Part shown: piece after piece, positions 55,815 to 64,000 of the stretch | Layout: each line of letters starts with the position of its first letter | How positions within the stretch are numbered: position 1 is the first letter of the stretch | Origin: Magnetococcales bacterium | Lineage (GTDB): Bacteria; Pseudomonadota; Magnetococcia; Magnetococcales; DC0425bin3 | Direction of reading: 5' to 3' | Assembly: GCA_015228935.1 (NCBI GenBank) | Contig: JADGCO010000004.1 | Coordinates: forward strand, 12,084-76,083 | Length of the DNA: 64,000 nt | Notes under the pieces: model-generated | The model's database searches: none | Told to the model about the DNA's origin: nothing | The model's input: the letters and a program-made list of their open reading frames with translations, nothing else | Program-made: the position numbers and the translations under genes

Positions 55815-55913
55815 TTATTTCCGTATCTGTTTGACAAGCCACCAGATGGCCAGCCCGGTCAACAGGACGTTGACCACAATGCCCACCACCCAGAAAGCCG
55901 GACTGGCTGTCAT
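55815..55913 (-). CDS. Possible 32 aa single-TM peptide upstream of the DUF5131 gene
   Basis: My translation gives MTASPAFWVVGIVVNVLLTGLAIWWLVKQIRK*. It ends 12 nt before the DUF5131 ATG and is too short for the ORF track. Confidence 0.3.
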   Translation of the reverse strand: MTASPAFWVVGIVVNVLLTGLAIWWLVKQIRK

Positions 55914-55953
55914 CTTTCGATTCCTTGGCTGTTCATAACGCTGAAATCAAGCC

Positions 55954-55978
55954 GGGAAGCCGGACTGGCCGGCTTCCT
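55954..55978 (-). terminator. Hairpin downstream of ettA (possible terminator)
   Basis: GGAAGCCGG-ACTGG-CCGGCTTCC, a 9 bp stem 10 nt after the ettA stop. There is no strong U-run. Confidence 0.35.
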
Positions 55979-55987
55979 GACAATGGC

Positions 55988-57667
55988 TCAGCGGGTCAAT
56001 TTTTTGTAGCGGACCCGATGGGGTTGATCGGCGGCCTGTCCCAGGCGTTTGTGACGATCCGCTTCATAATCCTGATAGTTGCCCTGGAAAAAGACCACGC
56101 TGGAGTCCCCTTCGAAGGCCAGGATATGGGTGGCGACCCGGTCCAGGAACCAGCGGTCATGGGAAACGATGACTGCGCTGCCGGGAAACTCCAGCAGGGC
56201 CTCTTCCAGGGCGCGCAGGGTTTCCACATCCAGGTCATTGGTTGGTTCGTCCAGGAGCAGCAGGTTGCCGCCACCCTTGATCAGGCGAGCCAGATGGACC
56301 CGGTTGCGTTCGCCGCCGGAGAGGACTTTGACTTTTTTCTGTTGATCGGCACCTTTGAAGTTGAACCAGGAGACATAGGCACGTGAGTTGACCTCCCGGT
56401 CTCCCAAGGGCACCATGTCCGCGCCGTCGGAAATGACATCCCAGACATTTTTTTCTGGATCGAGGGCTGCGCGACTTTGATCGACATAGGTCAGTTTGAC
56501 GGTTTCGCCCAGGGTCAGGGATCCGGTATCGGGTTGTTCTTCGCCGGTGAGCATGCGCAGGAAGGTGGTCTTGCCCACACCGTTGCCGCCGACGACCCCC
56601 AACAGACCACCCCGTGGCAGAATGAAGGAAAGATTGTCGATCAAAGCGCGATCGCCAAAGCCTTTGCCCACCCCTTTGGCCTCGATGACCACATCGCCCA
56701 GACGGGGACCGGCGGGAATGAAAAGCGAGGTTGTCTCACGGCGTATTTCCCGATGCTGGGCAGCAAGCTCTTCATAGGCGGACATGCGGGCCTTGCTTTT
56801 GGCCTGGCGGGCCTTGGGGGAGGAGCGTACCCACTCCAGTTCGTGTTGCAGCCGTTTGGTCAGGGCTTCGTCTTCGCGCTTTTCCAGGGCGAGGCGTTGC
56901 TCTTTTTGTTCGAGCCAGGAGGAGTAGTTGCCTTCCCAGGGGATGCCACGACCCCGATCCAGTTCCAGGATCCAGCCGGCGACATTGTCGAGAAAATACC
57001 GGTCGTGGGTCACGGCCACCACCGTGCCGGGATATTGTTCCAGGAAACGTTCCATCCAGGAGACCGATTCGGCATCCAGATGGTTGGTCGGTTCGTCCAG
57101 GAGCAAAAGATCCGGGGCGCTGAGGAGCAGCCGACAGAGGGCGATGCGGCGCTTTTCCCCGCCCGAAAGATGTTTGACTTCGGCATCCCAGGGGGGGAGT
57201 CGCAGGGCATCGGCGGCAATTTCGAGCTTGCGGTCGAGGTCCCACCCTTCCACCCGGTCGATGGCTTCTTGCAGCTCGGCCTGTTCGGTGACCAGGGCAT
57301 TCATCTCGTCGTCGGTGGTCACGTCACCGAATTTCATGGAGACTTCGTTGAAGCGGTCGAGGAGTTTTTTGACATCAGCCACCCCCTCCTCGACGTTACC
57401 TCTTACGCCTTTGGCGGGATCGAGTTCCGGTTCCTGGGAGAGAAACCCGACCCGGATTCCCGGGGCTGGTTTGGCTTCGCCGTTGAATTCATGATCGATT
57501 CCGGCCATTACCCGCAGCAGGGAGGATTTGCCGGCACCATTCAATCCCAGCACGCCGATTTTGGCACCCGGCAGAAAGGCCAGGGTGATGTTTTCCAGAA
57601 TGATGCGCTTGGGTGGCACAACCTTGGTCAGCCTGTGCATGGTAAAAATGTATTGGTGCGTTGCCAT
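55988..57667 (-). CDS. ettA: Energy-dependent translational throttle protein EttA (ABC-F)
   Basis: MATHQYIFTMHRLTKVVPPKRIILENITLAFLPGAKIGVLGLNGAGKSSLLRVMAGID is near-collinear with E. coli EttA as I recall it. It has two ABC cassettes. Confidence 0.9.
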   Translation of the reverse strand: MATHQYIFTMHRLTKVVPPKRIILENITLAFLPGAKIGVLGLNGAGKSSLLRVMAGIDHEFNGEAKPAPGIRVGFLSQEPELDPAKGVRGNVEEGVADVKKLLDRFNEVSMKFGDVTTDDEMNALVTEQAELQEAIDRVEGWDLDRKLEIAADALRLPPWDAEVKHLSGGEKRRIALCRLLLSAPDLLLLDEPTNHLDAESVSWMERFLEQYPGTVVAVTHDRYFLDNVAGWILELDRGRGIPWEGNYSSWLEQKEQRLALEKREDEALTKRLQHELEWVRSSPKARQAKSKARMSAYEELAAQHREIRRETTSLFIPAGPRLGDVVIEAKGVGKGFGDRALIDNLSFILPRGGLLGVVGGNGVGKTTFLRMLTGEEQPDTGSLTLGETVKLTYVDQSRAALDPEKNVWDVISDGADMVPLGDREVNSRAYVSWFNFKGADQQKKVKVLSGGERNRVHLARLIKGGGNLLLLDEPTNDLDVETLRALEEALLEFPGSAVIVSHDRWFLDRVATHILAFEGDSSVVFFQGNYQDYEADRHKRLGQAADQPHRVRYKKLTR

Positions 57668-57737
57668 GATGTCGATCTCTCCACAATATTCTTTTTCAAC
57701 CAACCTGAGCAGACCCGGATCAGCCGGCTTGCCGACC

Positions 57738-58673
57738 TCAATAGACCTGGGTCAACCAGTCCAGATGGGACGGGTCACGGCCATGCACCACATCGAAGAA
57801 GCGTTTTTGGATCGCCTTGGTCACGGGTCCGGCCTTGCCGATGCCGATTTGTCGATTGTCGAGTTCCCGGATCGGGGTGACTTCGGCGGCGGTGCCCGTG
57901 AAAAACGCCTCGTCGGCGAGCAGGAGTTCATCGCGGGGAAAGCGTTGTTCCTGGACGACATAGCCCATTTCCCGGGCCAGGGTCATGACGGCGTCGCGGG
58001 TGATCCCTTCCAGGGCCGAGTCGAGGGGGGGGGTTTTCAGGATGCCTTTGCGCAACATGAAGACATTTTCCCCGGAGCCTTCGGCCACATATCCTTCGGT
58101 ATCGAGCAGCAGGGCTTCGTCGAAGCCGGCGGTCAGGGCTTCGGTTTTGGCCAGGATGGAGTTCGAGTAGTTGCCAACGGCCTTGGCGCGGGTCATGGTG
58201 ACATTGGGATGGTGGCGCGTATAGGAGGATGTTTTGATACGGATGCCATTTTCCATACCTTCTTCACCGAGGTAGGCACCCCATTCCCAGCAGGCCACGG
58301 CCACCCGGACCTTGCAGGGTTTGGGATTGATCCCCAGGCTGTCGGCACCCAGATAGACCAGGGGGCGCAGATACCCGGCTTTCATGCCATTCTGACGCAA
58401 CACTTCCAGGCAGGCGTGGATGATCTCTCCCTTGGAGAAGGGAATTTTTATGTTGAGAATGTGGGCCGATCCGAACAATCGGTCGATATGTTCGGTCAGG
58501 CGAAAGACGGCGGATCCCGAGCCGGTATCTGTCTGGTAGCAGCGAATTCCTTCGAAGACGCCAAAGCCGTAATGAAGGGTATGGGTTAAAATATGGACCT
58601 TGGCCTCCCGCCATTCAACCAGGGTGCCGTCCATCCAGATTTTACCGTCACGATCCTGCATGGATTGGCTCAT
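57738..58673 (-). CDS. ilvE: Branched-chain amino acid aminotransferase
   Basis: MSQSMQDRDGKIWMDGTLVEWREAKVHILTHTLHYGFGVFEGIRCY... I chose ATG 58673. Confidence 0.9.
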   Translation of the reverse strand: MSQSMQDRDGKIWMDGTLVEWREAKVHILTHTLHYGFGVFEGIRCYQTDTGSGSAVFRLTEHIDRLFGSAHILNIKIPFSKGEIIHACLEVLRQNGMKAGYLRPLVYLGADSLGINPKPCKVRVAVACWEWGAYLGEEGMENGIRIKTSSYTRHHPNVTMTRAKAVGNYSNSILAKTEALTAGFDEALLLDTEGYVAEGSGENVFMLRKGILKTPPLDSALEGITRDAVMTLAREMGYVVQEQRFPRDELLLADEAFFTGTAAEVTPIRELDNRQIGIGKAGPVTKAIQKRFFDVVHGRDPSHLDWLTQVY

Positions 58674-58775
58674 GTTGCATACCCTCCTTTGATTTGGTGC
58701 CGGGATTGGAACGGTTCCCCGGCATGACCGAAAATAAACCGTCATTCTCCCGCCTTGTTTCCCGAAAGTAAAGGC

Positions 58776-59114
58776 ATGAAAACACTTTCAAAAGCGCTTT
58801 ACTGTCAAGGCCGGTGCGGCAGGTTTGTTTCTGTTCCCGAATTCTCGTTTTCAGTTCTGCGACGATCACCTGACGAGTTTGTGCGTGAAATGAAACTGGC
58901 GGCGGCAATACACTGGTATCAGAAGGGTACCGTTTCCCAGGAGCGGGCTGCCGAACTGGCAGGGATGAATCGGCGGGATTTTATTCGAGCATTGGCGCAG
59001 GAAAAAGTGGAAGTATTCACCCTGACGGAAGAAAGTCTTACCAGAGAGCTGGAGTCAGGGAATCTTCATCCTACGCAGACAAACCAGGCGAATCCAGAGT
59101 CAATTCCGATATGA
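58776..59114 (+). CDS. UPF0175-family protein (antitoxin-like), no adjacent toxin
   Basis: ...EFVREMKLAAAIHWYQKGTVSQERAAELAGMNRRDFIRALAQEKV matches the UPF0175 core. The start is uncertain. Confidence 0.6.
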   Translation: MKTLSKALYCQGRCGRFVSVPEFSFSVLRRSPDEFVREMKLAAAIHWYQKGTVSQERAAELAGMNRRDFIRALAQEKVEVFTLTEESLTRELESGNLHPTQTNQANPESIPI

Positions 59115-59448
59115 TTGAAGTCCATGGCGATGTCAAGCGGTCCTGCCTGTCCTTGATGATCAATCCGGCCTGACTCAGGATTCCGACATCGGTATGAACA
59201 TTTTTGTAATCCCGATGAAGTTTTTGGGAGAGGCTTCTGATGCTGGACGGGCCTTCCCTGTGCAACATGACCAGAAGACGCAATCGAACCGGAGTCAATG
59301 TTTCAAAAAGGGTTATCATGTCAGCAAAATAGAGCCGTTCGACCGGTTCTTCCGGTGCATCTCCCCGTTCAGCCCGTTTCCAGGCTGTGACAAATTCCTG
59401 GGCGATTTGCCGATGATCAGCAACACCGATCTTGACCTGTCTTTTCAT
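59071..59448 (-). CDS. HVO_A0114/MarR-like HTH protein, putative antitoxin of the DUF6516 toxin
   Basis: 125 aa ORF with ...LFETLTPVRLRLLVMLHREGPSSIRSLSQKLHRDYKNVHTDVGILSQAGLI. Its start shares 1 nt with the upstream stop. Confidence 0.6.
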   Translation of the reverse strand: MKRQVKIGVADHRQIAQEFVTAWKRAERGDAPEEPVERLYFADMITLFETLTPVRLRLLVMLHREGPSSIRSLSQKLHRDYKNVHTDVGILSQAGLIIKDRQDRLTSPWTSIISELTLDSPGLSA

Positions 59449-59828
59449 CAGCCATCTCCTCTTGCCACATCCACATCCGTCAAAAAATCTGCCACAAGAT
59501 TTTCAACTGTCGAGAATCGATAAGGCTCTTCCCTGGATCCGATGTGTCGATGGTCGCCCTTGCCGGTTTCATTGTCATATCGTACAAGGCCGGTTCCATC
59601 CGCCAACCCATAATGGAGGCTGTATTTCAATCCATGCGGACGGTCAACCGTTTTCACGGGTAACTGCCAAAGCTTCATTTCCTGGATCGCACCATCCGGA
59701 AATACAAATTTTTGATGATGCAGAAGTCTGGCCTTTGACATATGGTCAATATACCATAGGGTTGCTCTCTCAAGTCCAGAAATTTTTTTTCTGTCACCTT
59801 TTCCCAAAGACCGGAAAGGCCTTGTCAT
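59448..59828 (-). CDS. DUF6516 (TumE-like) toxin-antitoxin system protein
   Basis: ...FPDGAIQEMKLWQLP...PHGLKYSLHYG...LVRYDNETGKGDHRHIGSREEPYRFS. The start may instead be the internal Met at about 59741. Confidence 0.6.
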   Translation of the reverse strand: MTRPFRSLGKGDRKKISGLERATLWYIDHMSKARLLHHQKFVFPDGAIQEMKLWQLPVKTVDRPHGLKYSLHYGLADGTGLVRYDNETGKGDHRHIGSREEPYRFSTVENLVADFLTDVDVARGDG

Positions 59829-59866
59829 CCATATTGAAATCTATCAAAGGAATCGGCTTGATGGTT

Positions 59867-60301
59867 CTAAAATTGCTTCCATCGGTTTTGGCCATCCCGT
59901 TGCAAAAGATGTTGGGCATAGTCCAGTAATTCATCCAAATGTCGGGTGATGATGGTCACGATGATGGGCAGATGCAGGGTTTGATAATCGTGGACAGCAA
60001 TGTTGCGAAATCCCACCATGAGTTTCAGTTGCTTGGCCAGATTCACATCGATCCAACCGCCCCCGGCCAGCAGATCGAAAACATGGCGTGCCCCTTGGGG
60101 AACACCCAACCGTTCCCGGAGAATGAGGTGCTGGCCCATATCCAGAGCCGCTTCACAAGCACGTTGAATATTGAGAATGGCGGCATCCTGGCGGGTATGG
60201 TCAGAGGCAAAGGTGTCCGGTTCCTTGTGGTACTCCTCCCGGGCACGGGCCACACACCGTTCAATGGTGGCCGCCTTGTTGATCAAAACGTCATCGACCA
60301 T
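59867..60301 (-). CDS. hepT: HepT-like (DUF86) ribonuclease toxin, type VII TA
   Basis: MVDDVLINKAATIERC... and the RX4HXY motif GFRNIAVHDY. It overlaps the upstream mntA by 11 nt. Confidence 0.8.
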   Translation of the reverse strand: MVDDVLINKAATIERCVARAREEYHKEPDTFASDHTRQDAAILNIQRACEAALDMGQHLILRERLGVPQGARHVFDLLAGGGWIDVNLAKQLKLMVGFRNIAVHDYQTLHLPIIVTIITRHLDELLDYAQHLLQRDGQNRWKQF

Positions 60302-60686
60302 GAATGGAACCTTCCTGCCGGATGATTTCCAGAAGCGGGGCACGGGCTTCGTCCAAGGCGGTTTTTTCGCTGAGGATAAAACTTTCGTACAGGGGTGCCC
60401 GATGATCCCTGGTCCAAAGCCGCCTGCCAGTCATCATGATCTGATATTGCAAGACAGTGGTGGCGGTGCGCAAATCCACCAGATCGACGGGACAACCAGC
60501 CATGTCAACCAGTTCGTCCGCAAGGGTCCAGAGGCCAACAGGGTCGATCTTGTCCGCCAGCAAAATCGCCAGGTCCAGATCGCTTTCCGGCCCTGCCTTG
60601 TCCGCAGCATGGCTGCCAAACAGATAGATTGCCAACAGACCGGGCAGGCGGTCACGCAGGCAGGTGGCCAGCAAATCCAGATTCAT
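60291..60686 (-). CDS. mntA: MntA-like nucleotidyltransferase antitoxin
   Basis: MNLDLLATCLRDRLPGLLAIYLFGSHAADKAGPESDLDLAIL (GS...DxD NTase motif). I chose ATG 60686. Confidence 0.8.
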   Translation of the reverse strand: MNLDLLATCLRDRLPGLLAIYLFGSHAADKAGPESDLDLAILLADKIDPVGLWTLADELVDMAGCPVDLVDLRTATTVLQYQIMMTGRRLWTRDHRAPLYESFILSEKTALDEARAPLLEIIRQEGSIHGR

Positions 60687-60753
60687 CCCACACGCTCCCG
60701 AACGGTTAACCTGCCGGATCAGGCAGACAGAGAGAGCAGGCAACTTCGTTCGA

Positions 60754-61059
60754 TCAGGTTTCACCGTCGATGCAGGACCCGTGACCATGACTCGCATCAC
60801 ACCAGGGCAGATTGCGGCTTTTGCCGCATCCGCAGACGGCAATCTGGCCGGTGGTTTTGGCGGTAAATTTCAGGGGAAGCGAGGCATCTTGTTCCAGCTT
60901 GTGGCGGCCCGAACAAAAGGGGGGGGTGTTCGAGCGGCCACACTGGCAGATGGTCAAATTCTGCCCCTCATCGACCGGGACCCTGTAGGGTCCTCCCTTG
61001 TGATACATGGTCTGGTCCGGACCGGCAGGCGTGGTCGCAGTCGAATCTTCCCGGGGCAT
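60754..61059 (-). CDS. CDGSH iron-sulfur domain protein (two motifs)
   Basis: CQCGRSNTPPFCSGRH and CGCGKSRNLPWCDASH. Confidence 0.8.
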   Translation of the reverse strand: MPREDSTATTPAGPDQTMYHKGGPYRVPVDEGQNLTICQCGRSNTPPFCSGRHKLEQDASLPLKFTAKTTGQIAVCGCGKSRNLPWCDASHGHGSCIDGET

Positions 61060-61099
61060 GACGATTTTCCTTCGCAGAGAGTGCCTGACAAATTCAGGA

Positions 61100-62740
<1,641 letters not shown>

Positions 62741-62851
62741 TCAATCCATGGTTCGAGTGTGCGGGAATGACATCATCAATGCCAACATGTACATCACAAC
62801 AGGGTAGCACACATCCGCAAGGGTTCCAAGATGGTGCAAGATCCGATTCCG

Positions 62852-63163
62852 TCAACTCTTGATTTTGCGACCCAGATGCGTTTCGACACTCTGGATTTTG
62901 CTGGTGAGGCGACCCTCCCTGCCGGCCCGGTGATCGGCCCGCATGGATATGGCGATGCGCTGACAATCCTGCCGCATGCGTTCGTAGCACTCCCTGGCAA
63001 CAGCCATGACCTGATCCCACTCCCCTTCAACACAGGTTCCCATGGGTCCCATCTTGTAGGGCAGACCACTGCGATCAATGATTTCCAGAGAACGGGCAAC
63101 ATAGGCGCTGACACTCTCGCCCTTGTCTAATGGGGTCATGGAAAATTCCAGCAATACGCTCAT
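62852..63163 (-). CDS. MTH1187/YkoF-family (DUF77) thiamine-binding-like protein
   Basis: MSVLLEFSMTPLDKGESVSAYVARSLEIIDRSGLPYKMGPMGTCVEGEWDQVM. I chose ATG 63163. Confidence 0.75.
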   Translation of the reverse strand: MSVLLEFSMTPLDKGESVSAYVARSLEIIDRSGLPYKMGPMGTCVEGEWDQVMAVARECYERMRQDCQRIAISMRADHRAGREGRLTSKIQSVETHLGRKIKS

Positions 63164-63369
63164 GGGGTCTCTCCTGGGTTGGGGCATCCTGATCCGCCGA
63201 TCATATCCAAAAAAAATGGATCTCTCCATCTTTATCCATTGCCAAGGTCTCTCCGGCACACTATTGTGTGCGCCAGTTGGGGCTTGGAGCGGCGAGAAAG
63301 TGATGTTCGTGGCCGGTTGCCAAGCCGAAACTGTGTCCTGCTTCGTCATTTCATGGCAACGCAGGGTGT

Positions 63370-63445
63370 GTCCCGTTCGTCTAGTGGCCTAGGACATCGG
63401 CCTTTCACGCCGGCAACACGGGTTCGATTCCCGTACGGGACGCCA
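63370..63445 (+). tRNA. tRNA-Glu (anticodon UUC), CCA encoded
   Basis: Hand fold: GTCCCGT-TC-GTCT-AGTGGCCTA-GGAC-A-TCGGC-CTTTCAC-GCCGG-CAAC-ACGGG-TTCGATT-CCCGT-ACGGGAC-G-CCA. Confidence 0.95.
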
Positions 63446-63476
63446 AACACCAGTCCAACACAATCCAGGTAAATCC

Positions 63477-63514
63477 AAAACCCCATGAATTTTCACACTT
63501 CATGGGGTTTTTTG
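63477..63514 (+). terminator. Rho-independent terminator after tRNA-Glu
   Basis: 13 bp stem AAAACCCCATGAA / TTCATGGGGTTTT running into a T-run. Confidence 0.8.
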
Positions 63515-63586
63515 CGTCAGCTTTATTGTCCTGGTCACTCTGCAAGATGGTCTGTATGCGGATTTTGGGCTTGCCAGACAAAGACT

Positions 63587-63891
63587 CATCCACAGGCAAA
63601 ATCAGGGCCACACGAGGGAAGGAAGAAACCTGCATGGGCCGATTCATGATTTCTTCTGACATATCATATTGAAAATATTGACGATAATAATCAATCACCC
63701 ACGCCCGGCCTGTTGTGACGCCTGCCGTTGACGCTTTGTTCCCAGACCATTCACAAGATATCCACAGAGTTATCCACAGACGGTTGGGGACAATCCAAAC
63801 CCTGCCTAAAATTTAATCAATTCATGAAAAGTATATTGTTTTACAATATTTTGTGATAGTTCTTCATAAGTTGTCCACAGCCTGTTCCACA
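63587..63891 (+). promoter_or_regulatory. Cluster of five same-orientation DnaA-box-like 9-mers with AT-rich tracts (candidate oriC or DnaA-regulated region)
   Basis: TCATCCACA 63587-63595, ATATCCACA 63758-63766, TTATCCACA 63770-63778 (perfect consensus), TTGTCCACA 63871-63879, TGTTCCACA 63883-63891. AT-rich stretches lie at about 63655-63695 and 63805-63870. Confidence 0.45.
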
Positions 63892-64000
63892 GAAACTGGG
63901 GAAAAGATGCGCTGTCGGGCTGCGGATTCACTGGTTCCAGTGTCAAAGGTAGGTGCGGATTCCCTCGCGAAAATTGCGCGGTTCGATCTTGAAAGTTTTG

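Noticed and set aside
63405-63698. Reverse ORF of 97 aa (GTG start) next to tRNA-Glu
   Set aside because: Its last 40 nt or so overlap the tRNA-Glu gene, and it reads through the tRNA terminator hairpin. It also contains a DnaA-box-like site. I recognise no motif, so I treat it as probably non-coding, but I cannot exclude a real small gene.
63806-64000. Two reverse-strand frames open at the right window edge
   Set aside because: One is a 19-codon tail (...KTFKIEPRNFREGIRTYL stop at 63943-63945). The other is a 64-codon open frame ending at TAG 63806-63808. Both are too short or partial to assign. At most one can be real, so neither is reported as a feature.

Overview
This is a 64 kb stretch of bacterial chromosome, densely coded, with about 60 protein genes and two tRNAs. 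I see no rRNA, CRISPR array, transposase or integrase. All family names below come from motifs I recognise by eye in the translations. No database search was possible. Start codons are often refined by me from the ORF track and may be off by a few codons.

Layout:
- 1-1995: partial hybrid histidine kinase running off the left edge.
- 2.7-6.2 kb: reverse-strand glycan export operon (ABC exporter, FkbM methyltransferase, GT2).
- 6.5-11.3 kb: miscellaneous genes.
- 11.3-13.3 kb: arsR-arsC-acr3 arsenic operon with an obvious operator palindrome.
- 13.4-26.1 kb: large signalling cluster. It holds a PAS-rich hybrid kinase with Hpt, REC-PP2C, REC-kinase, an 880 aa MBL/cNMP-binding/hemerythrin fusion, a CheY-like protein, CheV and a sigma54 activator.
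- 26.3-30.8 kb: four-gene 2-oxoacid:ferredoxin oxidoreductase operon whose delta ferredoxin is fused to a GltD-like NAD(P)H module.
- 31-37 kb: accessory islet around tRNA-Ala. It holds an ABC-type AAA ATPase with a truncated coupled partner, yraN, a repeat-flanked DUF4160/DUF2442 cassette, RelE/XRE, decayed BrnT/BrnA, an Abi_C protein and DUF433/DUF5615.
- 37-49 kb: 11-gene reverse-strand glycan-modification operon.
- 49.3-53.5 kb: DUF3124, a solute-binding protein and a HAMP-GAF-GGDEF cyclase.
- 53.7-55.9 kb: uncharacterised DUF5131 (Gp37/Gp68) plus TcmP pair.
- 56-63 kb: ettA, ilvE, a second toxin-antitoxin clump (UPF0175, TumE-like pair, MntA/HepT), CDGSH, pgi and an MTH1187-like gene.
- 63.4-63.9 kb: tRNA-Glu followed by a cluster of DnaA-box-like 9-mers.

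Most notable non-genic signal: a MITE-like, hairpin-cored intergenic repeat family with terminal inverted repeats. It has three full copies and two fragments.

Best candidates for undescribed biology: the DUF5131/TcmP cassette, the MBL-cNMP-hemerythrin fusion within its phosphorelay cluster, the repeat family, and the rearranged tRNA-Ala/yraN islet.
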